From IMG/VR virus record IMGVR_UViG_3300042923_000619, positions 32,001-96,000 of that record: DNA of 64,000 nucleotides. One strand, 5' to 3'. This document shows positions 1-10,098 of the stretch, piece after piece. Numbering within the stretch: position 1 is the stretch's first letter; each line of letters begins with the position of its first letter. The notes under the pieces were generated by a model. The model saw only the letters and a program-made list of their open reading frames with translations. It searched no databases and had not been told where the DNA came from. The stretch comes from a virus. The translations under genes and the position numbers were made by a program.

Positions 1-145
1 ATTTGTTATCTTCTTTGTAAATATACAACCAAAATTCTCTATCTGTTTTACAATGTTTTGCTTTGAATTCACTTTTAATATGTTTTGATTCTAAAAATTC
101 TTTTAATGGCAAAGAAAAACATTGGTAATATATTTTATTATTCAT
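1..145 (-). CDS. Small hypothetical protein, truncated by window edge (DUF5659-like small phage protein)
   Basis: Manual translation MNNKIYYQCFSLPLKEFLESKHIKSEFKAKHCKTDREFWLYIY...; RBS AAAGGAG upstream; not in ORF track. Confidence 0.6.
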   Translation of the reverse strand, partial: MNNKIYYQCFSLPLKEFLESKHIKSEFKAKHCKTDREFWLYIYKEDNK

Positions 146-176
146 ATATTAATAAACTCCTTTTATTTTTAATTTA

Positions 177-2231
177 TTAACTTGTTGTTACAATTAAATT
201 TGGATTCACTGTTCGATTCCGATTAGTCAAATTCTTAACTGCCATTTGATTTGTTTTTGTATTATCTAATGGATCTCTGATTATTTTTACACCAAAAGTT
301 GCATAAGCGTCATCATATCTTCCAAAAGTTGAGTATTCTAAATGTGGTAATGTTGTGTAAGTCATTGTTAATGTTGACGCAATTGGAGTAATTGTAATAT
401 CTGTTGTAGAAAATTGCCATGCAAAATCTAATGACACAGGCACTATACTTAAACCACTTAAATCTGTTGTTAGTGTTGTTATTGGTAAATTTGTAAAATA
501 TGTTTGTAAGTCTGTATTATTGCTATAACTTGTCCATGCGATATTCAAATCTCCGGTATATTTGTGAATTCCTGTTCCATCTTTATACAACCAATTGACA
601 CCATTATCTACAGTAAACAAGAATTTTATTCCTGTATTAGCTAATATTGTAACTGGTATTGTCAATGAGGTTATTGTATCAATTGTTGTCAAACTAAAAT
701 TACTAGCACCTGTAGTCTTAAAATAAGTTGGATTAGTATTAGACACTGAAAAATCTATTATATCATTGTAAATTTCCAAATTATCTAGTATTCCTTGAAA
801 ATAGTAATTTGAATAATTATTATATCCAATTAATAAATTCATATCACCAGTTATTGTTATTTGTGAATTAAGAACTAAACTGGCTTTAGGATTTATTAAA
901 TCATCAACATATAAACTTATCGTTTTAGTAGCATGTGTATACCTATATATGATAGTGTGTTTAATTCCATCAAAATAAGGTGACATATCATAAGAAAGAG
1001 TACCATTTGAAGTGGGATAACTTACAAAGTAACTAAGATTTAAAATTTTAGTTGGAGTTATTGTTACTTCTAATCCATTACTTGATCTGTTTGTAATTAA
1101 AGTTTCATAATGTGTTGGGAGTACACTTTTCTTAAAATCAAATTTAATTGTAAAGTTTTTGTTATAAGGTATAACTGGATTGGAGAAACTTATATAATCA
1201 CTTGACCCATTGAAACTTCGTGCATAACCAGTTCCATCTAACCCTACAACACTAGTAGTTCCATGATATACTCCATTATATAAACCTTTTGAATCCGCAC
1301 AAACTGTTCCACTTGTTTCCTCAAATTTATAATTATTTACGCAAGTCACTCCTGCTTTTAATTTAACAGTATTTCCACTAAATAATAATTTAGTGGAATC
1401 TTGCAATGTGTATTTATTACTATCACTAAAATCACAATGATTATCTATTATAGAACTACCAGCAATTTGTTCTTGAATATTGATTAACATTTTATCTGCA
1501 TAACAACTAGGATAACTGAATGTTTTTTCTTCTCCACTTGCAATAGTTACTGGACTTCCACTAGGTTGTAATATCGTTCCATTTGTTGCTACCAAACCTG
1601 CTACATTAACATTAGCATGAGTATAATTACCACTATTATCTGCAACAAGAACTCTATTAGGTGAATAAGTTGAATTATCTACAATATGAGAATTAATGCT
1701 TTTTGCATCACTTCCAGATACACTAATGGTTACATCATTCCCAATAGTATTTAAATTTATATTCGTACCAGCTTTTATATTGCTAGAAGTTAATAAATTT
1801 GTGGGTTTATTATTTATGTAATCTAGTTTTGTATTGTCATTTTGATTCCAATCAGATTGAATTTGAGAACTAGAACCACTAACATTACCCCAAGAAGTAC
1901 CATTATAATATTTTAGTATTGGTGTTGATGTTGTATCTAACCATAATTTAGTTGTATCAGTATTTGAATTACCAATCACAATCTGTTTATCATTCAACTT
2001 ATGCCAACTAGAGTCATAATAATTCATACTAAAATCTGGTAAAATGTATATTTTATCTGAACTGATTTGAGAATTTGGAAGTGATGAAACAACTTCTATT
2101 GAACTATATTTTATTTTACTACCATCATTTTTAACTAAATAAAGATTATCCTCAGTAAATATAACTTGACCAGACGTTGTATAACTAGCCAAGTTACTTT
2201 TACTATCCGCATTAAAATTTAAATTTGCCAT
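177..2231 (-). CDS. Fibre/adhesin-like protein with LamG/concanavalin A-like domain
   Basis: LamG-like segment NYKFEETSGTVCADSKG...FNGSSDYI...YFQGILDNLEIYN; QSDWNQND and TSSNIKAGTNI fibre motifs. Confidence 0.75.
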   Translation of the reverse strand: MANLNFNADSKSNLASYTTSGQVIFTEDNLYLVKNDGSKIKYSSIEVVSSLPNSQISSDKIYILPDFSMNYYDSSWHKLNDKQIVIGNSNTDTTKLWLDTTSTPILKYYNGTSWGNVSGSSSQIQSDWNQNDNTKLDYINNKPTNLLTSSNIKAGTNINLNTIGNDVTISVSGSDAKSINSHIVDNSTYSPNRVLVADNSGNYTHANVNVAGLVATNGTILQPSGSPVTIASGEEKTFSYPSCYADKMLINIQEQIAGSSIIDNHCDFSDSNKYTLQDSTKLLFSGNTVKLKAGVTCVNNYKFEETSGTVCADSKGLYNGVYHGTTSVVGLDGTGYARSFNGSSDYISFSNPVIPYNKNFTIKFDFKKSVLPTHYETLITNRSSNGLEVTITPTKILNLSYFVSYPTSNGTLSYDMSPYFDGIKHTIIYRYTHATKTISLYVDDLINPKASLVLNSQITITGDMNLLIGYNNYSNYYFQGILDNLEIYNDIIDFSVSNTNPTYFKTTGASNFSLTTIDTITSLTIPVTILANTGIKFLFTVDNGVNWLYKDGTGIHKYTGDLNIAWTSYSNNTDLQTYFTNLPITTLTTDLSGLSIVPVSLDFAWQFSTTDITITPIASTLTMTYTTLPHLEYSTFGRYDDAYATFGVKIIRDPLDNTKTNQMAVKNLTNRNRTVNPNLIVTTS

Positions 2232-2249
2232 TTATTTTATCACTCCTTT

Positions 2250-4061
2250 CTAAAGATTGAATGTATTCCATGTTGAAATTCCTGTTCCACCAGAAGCAGT
2301 ACTATTTATAGTTACATCATTACCACTTGTTGTAACAGTAATATTAACTCCAGCTTTTATGTTGGTTGTTTCTAATTTGTTTGTTACACTAGGGATATTT
2401 CCGATAGTTGCAACTTTATCCCTAACTGTTCCTTTTGTGAAATATAAGTCCGTACCATCATATTCAATTAATCCATCTTGTACAGTTGGTTTTAATGTCC
2501 CTCCACGAAGTTTTATTGATGACATATTAATAATATTAGCACCCAAACCTCCATTAAGTGTTGAGGCAGTTCCTTTTCCAATAGAAGGATATACTATAGC
2601 TGATTCAGCAAATAGTCCTACACCATCTACCATTGGTATACTTGTACCAATTTGAATACAATTTAACATTGTTGTCAATCCACTTGAATTTGTAATAACT
2701 GACGGCACTGAATTAGTAGTATGAGATACCATTGCTGATGTATATGATGCTGTATTGTTTACTACTGCTTGACCAATAACTACATCACTTGTATGTGTAA
2801 AAGCAACTGAACCATTAATAGACAAACAAACATTATTAGGATTATTTATATTGAAGCTCACCCTGTTGGCTATCAATTTACCTTTTGCAGTACTTGCACT
2901 ATAAAAACATCTTGCACTTGTTCCACTAGTAGAAACATTACATGTTCCATCTTCAAAATAGATTCTTGAACTTGTATTAGTATTTGTATAATTTATTGCA
3001 TCACCACTTACTGAATTGACACTTGAACCTATTAATTGTAGATTTTGTATTCCTGTTCCATTAAATGATAATGTATTACCACTAGTTGAATTTAATGTAA
3101 TATTATCTATAACTACAGTTCCAGTAAAATCTGCTATATGATTTCCAGTAATAGTTACACCAAATTTAACTGGTGAAGTAAGCATTACGCCTGCTTTAAA
3201 GATGATATTTTCCACATAGCTAGAAGGAAATATAAATATAGTAGTTCCACTAGTAGCTGTATCAATAGCTTTTTGAATTGTTAAGAATGGTTTTGAAGCA
3301 CTTCCATCATTAGTATCTAATCCATTCTTTGCTACATATAAATAATTAGTTGGTTTGACTAACATTGTATTTTTTAATTCATATTTTGCATCAGCATCAA
3401 CTATTTTTATATAGTTAGCTAATGCATCTGATAAATTAGTAGTAGTTACTAAGTTGGCAACTACTATTGCATTTAATTTAGTTTTATCTTCTTTTGAAAG
3501 TAATCCATCAATACTTTCAGTTGCAATAGGAACACTTGAACTAGAACCTAAACTAACCCATGCACTATTACTATATATATAGATAGTTGAATTCTCAGTT
3601 ACTACATGTGCATCTCCTTCAACCATTCCTGTTAATGCTTGTAAATTAGCATAAGTATCTATTGGAGCTTTCCAATTCATATTCTTACTTATTGAATTAA
3701 ATAATATTTGAATAGCCTCTTTACTCATTGTCTCATCTTTAGGGTATCTATTATCAAGTGCAGTTTGAAGATTTATTATTGATGAAATTTCTTGAATATG
3801 TGTTATATCAGCCTTTGTATCTAAACCATTTGTTAATTCTAATTTAGAAGCCAAATTGGATATATCTGGAATTGTTGGGCGATTATTTAGTTCATTATAA
3901 TCTTTTGAAAAATTTTCTAATGAAGCTAATTTAATTTTTTCCCCATCAGTATAATCATTTGAACTTAAAGTTTTTCCTGTTACTTTGTCAACTTTTCCTT
4001 CAACTACTGAACTTATATTAATACTATTGAGTATATATTGAATAAGTTGTGAATTTTCGAT
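2250..4061 (-). CDS. Tail fibre/spike-like protein with parallel beta-helix (pectin lyase-like) region; probable non-canonical ATC start at 4061
   Basis: YVAKNGLDTNDGSASKPFLTIQKAID motif; reading frame stays open 69 codons upstream of the TTG at 3854 and contains KVDKVTGKTLSSNDYTDGEK fibre motif. Confidence 0.7.
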   Translation of the reverse strand: MENSQLIQYILNSINISSVVEGKVDKVTGKTLSSNDYTDGEKIKLASLENFSKDYNELNNRPTIPDISNLASKLELTNGLDTKADITHIQEISSIINLQTALDNRYPKDETMSKEAIQILFNSISKNMNWKAPIDTYANLQALTGMVEGDAHVVTENSTIYIYSNSAWVSLGSSSSVPIATESIDGLLSKEDKTKLNAIVVANLVTTTNLSDALANYIKIVDADAKYELKNTMLVKPTNYLYVAKNGLDTNDGSASKPFLTIQKAIDTATSGTTIFIFPSSYVENIIFKAGVMLTSPVKFGVTITGNHIADFTGTVVIDNITLNSTSGNTLSFNGTGIQNLQLIGSSVNSVSGDAINYTNTNTSSRIYFEDGTCNVSTSGTSARCFYSASTAKGKLIANRVSFNINNPNNVCLSINGSVAFTHTSDVVIGQAVVNNTASYTSAMVSHTTNSVPSVITNSSGLTTMLNCIQIGTSIPMVDGVGLFAESAIVYPSIGKGTASTLNGGLGANIINMSSIKLRGGTLKPTVQDGLIEYDGTDLYFTKGTVRDKVATIGNIPSVTNKLETTNIKAGVNITVTTSGNDVTINSTASGGTGISTWNTFNL

Positions 4062-4067
4062 AAGTCA

Positions 4068-5270
4068 TCAGTCCTTTCTATTTAATTCTTTTAATTTATT
4101 TTCTATGTCATATTTTATATATTCTTCTGTTGTTAGGTCAGAAATAAATTTAAAATGATATCCATGATGTGTTAATCTTTTACCAGTACATACTGAAGAT
4201 ATTTTAGATTGAGTTAATTTTATTCCATAGTATTTAATAGATAACTTTTCACAATTTGTACTACTAGTATAAACTCGTCCATCATCTAAATTTATAATTG
4301 GCTTTTCTTTATATCTACTGTTATAATCACACCAACATATTTCTGCTCCCCTTTTTAAGTAGTCTAAAATAGTTTTTGATGATATTTTCATAATTTTACC
4401 TATTTCTTTTGTGCTGTGAACTCCGCTATTCCAATAATCACAAGCTTCTTTAACCCTATTACTTAGAGCAAATTTTTCACATTCTACCCAATTAACATTA
4501 TTAAAATTAAATATATTTTGTAATTTAGCGATAGTATTTTCTTTAAAGTTTCCTTCATCAGAAATTCTAATAACCTCATAACCATATTCCTTAACTAATC
4601 TATCTTTCTCATCATCAAGAAATTTAGACTCTTCTTTAGTTTGACCATTCATATTATTGTCAGTTCTATGAAATCCACCATCAACTTCTATAATAAGTTT
4701 TTTATTCTCAATTACAAAATCATATTCTCCACTTACCTCTTTTTGTTTAAAAGGGTTATAAAATTTACACCAATCAAAGGTATGATTATCTATAAAATTT
4801 TGATTAAGTTGTGTTAGTAAATTAAATGTATATTTATGTCCATAACTATATCCATCTCCACATATACACCCTATGTCATGTCTATTATAAATATTATTTA
4901 TTTGATATTTTTTTATTGCTCCGCAGTTAGGACATTTAATTAATATCCTTTTATTACTTTGACATGTATACATTTTTGCTTCATCAATAGCACCTTGAAA
5001 ATATTTAATCATCCAAGGTGCTACAGTGGGGATGTCATTTATTCCTTCTACTACTATTAAAGGATTTTCACAACAACATAAACAACCAACTCCATGTAAT
5101 AAAGTTGATTCTAATACCCAAAATGGACAATCTGTCGATAAGCTTTTTCCCCCTAATTCATATCTAATACCATTTGATTTTAAATATTCTTTTTGAGGAA
5201 ATGAATAACAACAATATAGTATTTTACTATTATCCACACTTCCATTCTCCATTAAGACCACTCCTTTCAT
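4068..5270 (-). CDS. Free-standing putative homing endonuclease (Zn-finger, DUF559/Vsr-like PD-(D/E)XK core, NUMOD1-like C-terminus)
   Basis: GINDIPTVAPWM, CPNCG, EYDFVIENKKLIIEVDGGFH, SSVCTGKRLTHHGYHFKF motifs. Confidence 0.72.
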   Translation of the reverse strand: MKGVVLMENGSVDNSKILYCCYSFPQKEYLKSNGIRYELGGKSLSTDCPFWVLESTLLHGVGCLCCCENPLIVVEGINDIPTVAPWMIKYFQGAIDEAKMYTCQSNKRILIKCPNCGAIKKYQINNIYNRHDIGCICGDGYSYGHKYTFNLLTQLNQNFIDNHTFDWCKFYNPFKQKEVSGEYDFVIENKKLIIEVDGGFHRTDNNMNGQTKEESKFLDDEKDRLVKEYGYEVIRISDEGNFKENTIAKLQNIFNFNNVNWVECEKFALSNRVKEACDYWNSGVHSTKEIGKIMKISSKTILDYLKRGAEICWCDYNSRYKEKPIINLDDGRVYTSSTNCEKLSIKYYGIKLTQSKISSVCTGKRLTHHGYHFKFISDLTTEEYIKYDIENKLKELNRKD

Positions 5271-5293
5271 TTTTGTATATTCATCTTTTGTTT

Positions 5294-5330
5294 AATAAGA
5301 ATAAGACCCAGATAAAATAATTCTAGGTCT
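5294..5330 (-). terminator. Rho-independent terminator
   Basis: AGACCTAGA/TCTGGGTCT stem followed by TATTCTTATT. Confidence 0.65.
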
Positions 5331-5385
5331 CTAAAAGTTCACTTCAAATTACGATTTTAAAAACTTTTTATTTTGGTATATTTTA

Positions 5386-7965
5386 TTAATCAAATATTAC
5401 AATATTTAATTTTATAGTTTGTACAGACGTAGATGTTTCTTCATAATATACTCTTATTTGGCTATTAGATATTCTTGTAAATACTGTTTGAGTTATATCA
5501 TTAGCATATAATTGATTCCCAGTATTCTCAGTAGTAATATTATATATTGCATTAGAAGATACAGAAGGATGATTTATTGTTATGGATACTGCTGAACCAG
5601 TAGTAATTGATGCAGATATTATATCTCCCGATACAGGTAAATTGCCACTTGTTCCACCAACATCGCCAATACTTACAGTTCCTTTATATATGGACATTCC
5701 CCATGTTCCGTCACCTTTTAATATTGAATTTTGTTTACCTACCAATGGTTGAGGAACTAATCCACCTTGACCATTCACCGTACTTGATGCACCTGTCATT
5801 GTTTTTATATCATTTGTTAAAGCAATAATTCCATCTTTATCAGGTATTGTTAATGTTCTTATATTTCCTGTCGTAATTCCACTAGCTTCAAATTGTGCTA
5901 TTTTTGTATTGTCTATTTCATCAATTATTTTTGTAGATGAATCAACTAATGATTTATTAGTTAGTGTTTCAATTCCTGTTTTAGTAACATCAGCATTAAC
6001 TGTAATAATTGTATTGTCATTAGTAGAGTCATCTATTACTGAGACTCCATTTCCCATAAATTTTAAATTAGAACGTTTTGCATAAAAATTACTTCCATCT
6101 CTAATTATATGTCCACTTATTAAAGTCCAGTTAGAAGCTATAAAAGTGGCATCTGTGTTTAATGTTTTACATCTATACAACAAATCATCATGAATAACAT
6201 ATTCTCCTACTTTATATTCGGTATTAGAAATCCAATCATTTATTTTTGTACCACCAGCACTTCCAATTCCTACCCAAGAAGTTGAATTATAGGCACTTAT
6301 AGAATATGGAATACTTGTAGTATCTATCCATATATCATCTTTAACCATTCCTACAGGAGAATCTGATTGCATAAATATTCTTCTTTTTTTATCTTCTAAT
6401 TCTAAAATATGTTTTATACTATATGTTTTTATAGTACTTGTTGTATCCGCATCATCAATTTTTGCATATTCATGTAATTTATTTATTAAATCAGTTTGAG
6501 TTGATATGTCTCCTATTATACTTCCCCAACTAGTACTTCCATTATGAATTTTTAAATATCCACCTGTTGAAGTTTTTATAACTAAATCATATTGAGCAAA
6601 TGTTATTGAATTTCCTCCTAAAGTCTGTGTTCCACTAACTAAAACTATCCAAGCATAACTTTTGCCATTAGTATTTACAATTGTAATATCAGGAGTATTT
6701 GTTGAAGCATCATAATAATCATTTTGTATAGATAATCCACCTAAAATACTTTGATCTACATATTCCTTTGAGGCTAATGAAGTAAAAATATTTGTATTGT
6801 TTTTTTGTATTTCTAAATAACCTATTTCTCCACTTGAATTCTTAATTGGAATTGTATTATTATTAGCATTTTCAAATCCGAATAATTCCATATTCCCCAT
6901 AGAATTTACATCAATCGATTTATCATCTCTAACTACAGATGAGCCGTTAGTTGAAGCAAAAACAGTTACTTGCCAATTTGACACGGTTTTATCATAAAAA
7001 GCTATACCTACTTGACCTGAAACTGTACTTATAATAGCAAATTTATAAGAATCTGCACCACTTGGATAAGCTATTTTTAAATCAGCTAATGATGAAAATT
7101 GCCCTAAACAACTATTTAACTTCTCAAGCCATTCTGTTTCAGTTCCAGAGAACCCTTGTTTTTCTATTGCTGATTGATAAGCACTTTTACCTTCGACCCC
7201 TTGTATTCCTTGAATACCTTTATCCCCTTTTTCACCTTTTAATAAAACTGTAGAATTATACCATAGTAAGTTATCATATGAAGATGGCGAGTCTAAGCCA
7301 CTCCAAGTATAAACAACTTGTGATACTCCACTTCCTACTAAAATAACTAAACCATTTTGTAGTGAATTCGGTGAAACACTGAAATAATTATCTCTATCAA
7401 TAATTGTTGGAAACATATAATCACTACGAACAACTGCAATATTTTCCAATCTTTGTCCATTACTCGAACTATAATTAACAACTATTCTACCTGAGAAAGA
7501 AGAAGTTGACGTTAATTTTATTGTATCAGCATTTATTATTTGTACGCCAATAGTCTCTTCTTTTTCTTCAGAATTAAATATTTTATAGTTTATATTTAAG
7601 TCATTTAATTTATGTTCTAAAGTTAATGTATATATAGTATTATCAACAGTATCTCGTACCCATTGAGAACTTGTAAATACAAAATTTTTATTATCATTTA
7701 TATTAGGATTATTAATTAATTTATATGTACCATCATTAGTAAGAACTAGTTGTCCACTGCCATTAGTAATTAAATGTGCTACTTTATCTTTATCTATTTG
7801 GTTATAAGACATCCAATCTGCTATAGGAATATTAACTTTTGTAGCATCTTTTAAAGTAAATTCAATTCCTGTAGGTGTTCCTATGCCACTTTGAATTCCT
7901 ACACTATTCATTTTAAGAGCATACTTCTTTGCCAAAGCAAGAGTTACTACGTCCATTAAAATCAC
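5386..7965 (-). CDS. Mosaic tail-fibre-like protein (collagen-like repeat, CBM5/12-like module)
   Basis: KGEKGDKGIQGIQGVEGKSAY; DWISNTEYKVGEYVIHDDLLYRC; GLVPQPLVGKQNSILKGDGTW. Confidence 0.72.
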   Translation of the reverse strand: MILMDVVTLALAKKYALKMNSVGIQSGIGTPTGIEFTLKDATKVNIPIADWMSYNQIDKDKVAHLITNGSGQLVLTNDGTYKLINNPNINDNKNFVFTSSQWVRDTVDNTIYTLTLEHKLNDLNINYKIFNSEEKEETIGVQIINADTIKLTSTSSFSGRIVVNYSSSNGQRLENIAVVRSDYMFPTIIDRDNYFSVSPNSLQNGLVILVGSGVSQVVYTWSGLDSPSSYDNLLWYNSTVLLKGEKGDKGIQGIQGVEGKSAYQSAIEKQGFSGTETEWLEKLNSCLGQFSSLADLKIAYPSGADSYKFAIISTVSGQVGIAFYDKTVSNWQVTVFASTNGSSVVRDDKSIDVNSMGNMELFGFENANNNTIPIKNSSGEIGYLEIQKNNTNIFTSLASKEYVDQSILGGLSIQNDYYDASTNTPDITIVNTNGKSYAWIVLVSGTQTLGGNSITFAQYDLVIKTSTGGYLKIHNGSTSWGSIIGDISTQTDLINKLHEYAKIDDADTTSTIKTYSIKHILELEDKKRRIFMQSDSPVGMVKDDIWIDTTSIPYSISAYNSTSWVGIGSAGGTKINDWISNTEYKVGEYVIHDDLLYRCKTLNTDATFIASNWTLISGHIIRDGSNFYAKRSNLKFMGNGVSVIDDSTNDNTIITVNADVTKTGIETLTNKSLVDSSTKIIDEIDNTKIAQFEASGITTGNIRTLTIPDKDGIIALTNDIKTMTGASSTVNGQGGLVPQPLVGKQNSILKGDGTWGMSIYKGTVSIGDVGGTSGNLPVSGDIISASITTGSAVSITINHPSVSSNAIYNITTENTGNQLYANDITQTVFTRISNSQIRVYYEETSTSVQTIKLNIVIFD

Positions 7966-7983
7966 TCCTTTCCATTTTTTATT

Positions 7984-8178
7984 TTATTGTTGTAAAATCC
8001 AAATATCGTTTTCCTCGTCATAAAGATAAGCATCCCCAGTATCTTTACAATAAGCACTTGACCCATCACCAAGTTTATTATCGGCTTTTTTAGGTAAGTT
8101 TGGAACATCGGTACTTAAACACCAATAATCGACTTGACCTGTTTTATAATATTTATAAGGTTTTATCATATTAATCAT
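7984..8178 (-). CDS. Small hypothetical phage protein heading the fibre cluster
   Basis: 64-aa ORF with RBS GAAAGGA; GSSAYCKDTGDAYLYD. Confidence 0.65.
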   Translation of the reverse strand: MINMIKPYKYYKTGQVDYWCLSTDVPNLPKKADNKLGDGSSAYCKDTGDAYLYDEENDIWILQQ

Positions 8179-8277
8179 CCTTTCTATTATTAATTTATCT
8201 CCGAATGCCTAGCTAACACATTCATAAGTTATTTCTAGCTACTTATCATTTGATAAGCACCACAAAAACAACTTTTG

Positions 8278-8311
8278 TTAAAAGAGACTAGATTTAATTT
8301 CTAATCTCCTT
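8278..8311 (-). terminator. Rho-independent terminator
   Basis: AGGAGATTAGA/TCTAGTCTCTT stem plus T-run. Confidence 0.55.
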
Positions 8312-8334
8312 TATATTTTTAATTAATTTGTTAT

Positions 8335-9543
8335 TTATAATAATTCACATTCTTTAGCTTGGTTTAAATATGAATTTATAGTTATATACCCAGTATTAAA
8401 TTTTTTCACCAAATCTATCTTTTTATAATTAGGATTACTAGATACGTATTTTACTATCTCTACTACTAAACTTTTAATTGATTGAGACATTATGCAATTC
8501 CAATCCACTGTGATTAAATTAAATAATTTATTTAATTGACTACTTAACATTGAATTTCTAATCCATTCTAAAGAGTCATATCTTGTATCAATAACTATGT
8601 AATTTTCTTCTTTAATCCCATTAGATAAAGCTAATTCTTTTTTTAATCTGTCGTTTTCTTGTTCTTCTTCTAGTGTTTTAGTATTTGAATTCCATCCTGT
8701 ACTATCTTGATAATGTTGCATTCCATGAGTTTCTACTATATACTTTTCACCATTTAGTTTAAAAAAGAAATCATATCTGTATTTATCACACCATTCTTCA
8801 TTAATTTTTGAGTATTCTGATATAAAATCAACATTCATATTATATAAAAAATTACTCATAAACTTTTCTCCAAAAGGGACTTTATCAGAACATGAACAAC
8901 TAAATCCACTTCTAGAGTATATCTTTCCCAATGTTAATTTCTTACTTTTGTTTTTTCCACAATTTGGGCAAATAGGAAATATACTTTTAGTTGAACCATG
9001 ACTATATTTTTGGGCAATTTCGTTACCAACAATAGGAATCATCCAAGGGTCTGTAGTTGCAATATCATTTATTCCTTGAACTACTATTTGCTTAGTACAA
9101 CATAAACAACCTGAATTTATAAAACTTGCCTCATCAGCCCAATACTCTTTTTGATATTCACCATTTTTATAATGCTCGCCACATTTAAATCCACATACAT
9201 TACAAGTGTATTTATACAAACTACGATATGACTTTCTTTTCTCTATATATTCTCTTTTTCTGTCTGTAACAACAATATCTTTCTTTTCATTTATTATACT
9301 AACTCCAATATTATATTTAAATTCAAAAGGTTTAAAATTAAATATTTTTGATAGTCCACATTTTTTAAAATATAATGAGTTAATATAATAAATATTATCA
9401 TTATATTCAACTTTTAATGTACAATTTTTATCTTTTTTATTAAGTTCCCATCCTAATATAGTAAGATATCCTTGTATTGTGCTATAAACAAAGAATACTT
9501 TCTTATGTATAGAATCTTCCCAATTAAACAACGTTTTGTTCAT
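8335..9543 (-). CDS. Free-standing putative endonuclease (Zn-finger plus DUF559/Vsr-like core)
   Basis: GINDIATTDPWM, CPNCG, CSCSDKVPFGEKF, YRYDFFF...IVETHGMQHY; paralogous to 38122..39615. Confidence 0.72.
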   Translation of the reverse strand: MNKTLFNWEDSIHKKVFFVYSTIQGYLTILGWELNKKDKNCTLKVEYNDNIYYINSLYFKKCGLSKIFNFKPFEFKYNIGVSIINEKKDIVVTDRKREYIEKRKSYRSLYKYTCNVCGFKCGEHYKNGEYQKEYWADEASFINSGCLCCTKQIVVQGINDIATTDPWMIPIVGNEIAQKYSHGSTKSIFPICPNCGKNKSKKLTLGKIYSRSGFSCSCSDKVPFGEKFMSNFLYNMNVDFISEYSKINEEWCDKYRYDFFFKLNGEKYIVETHGMQHYQDSTGWNSNTKTLEEEQENDRLKKELALSNGIKEENYIVIDTRYDSLEWIRNSMLSSQLNKLFNLITVDWNCIMSQSIKSLVVEIVKYVSSNPNYKKIDLVKKFNTGYITINSYLNQAKECELL

Positions 9544-9554
9544 GGGAATTATTT

Positions 9555-9845
9555 CTAAGAATATTTTTTAAAATTTGTATCGTGTAATAAATCATGATTT
9601 TCTTTTTTCCAATTATCTATATATTCGTCATATTCTATTTGTGTCATATTAATCTTTATTTTTGATTTATCATATACTTCGTCAATAATAATGTTATTTC
9701 CTTTTCTATGATAATTAAAAAACATCTTAAACTCATCAAAATGTTTTTTATGTTTGCTACATTCTCTTGGTTGTTCTTCTAATAAATAACATAACTCGTC
9801 ATAATTTTTTATTACTTGTCCTACTTTTAATATACTTGTATTCAT
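9555..9845 (-). CDS. Hypothetical protein
   Basis: 96-aa ORF with RBS GAAAGAAGGA. Confidence 0.55.
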   Translation of the reverse strand: MNTSILKVGQVIKNYDELCYLLEEQPRECSKHKKHFDEFKMFFNYHRKGNNIIIDEVYDKSKIKINMTQIEYDEYIDNWKKENHDLLHDTNFKKYS

Positions 9846-9880
9846 AGCTTAAATTCCTTCTTTCTAAATTAAATTTTTAC

Positions 9881-9913
9881 AAATAAAAAGACGCTTACTT
9901 TTTGTAAACGCCT
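9881..9913 (-). terminator. Rho-independent terminator
   Basis: AGGCGTTTAC/GTAAGCGTCT stem then TTTTATTT. Confidence 0.65.
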
Positions 9914-10081
9914 AATTTCCAATTATCTAATATTCTTTTACATTTATCATCTCTAATAAATACCCAAAAGTCTTTATTCTTTTCTTTATTATATCCATGA
10001 ATAACATATTCAACTTTTTCTTCATTTAATTTATTTTTTTAAATTATTTGAATAACATATAAATAAATCTTCCTTTGTCAT
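9895..10081 (-). pseudogene. Frameshifted small DUF5659-like gene (one extra nt at AAAAAAA-T-AAA)
   Basis: MTKEDLFICYSNNLKK* then +1 frame KLNEEKVEYVIHGYNKEKNKDFWVFIRDDKCKRILDNWKLGVYKK*; 187 nt = 62 codons + 1; resembles ORF at 1..145. Confidence 0.55.
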
Positions 10082-10098
10082 AATTTATTTCTCCTTTA

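Noticed and set aside
4062-4073. Genome-wide TGA recoding suggested by TGA-TGA between in-frame ORFs
   Set aside because: Other genes end normally at TGA (e.g. 14871) and long ORFs are uninterrupted under the standard code
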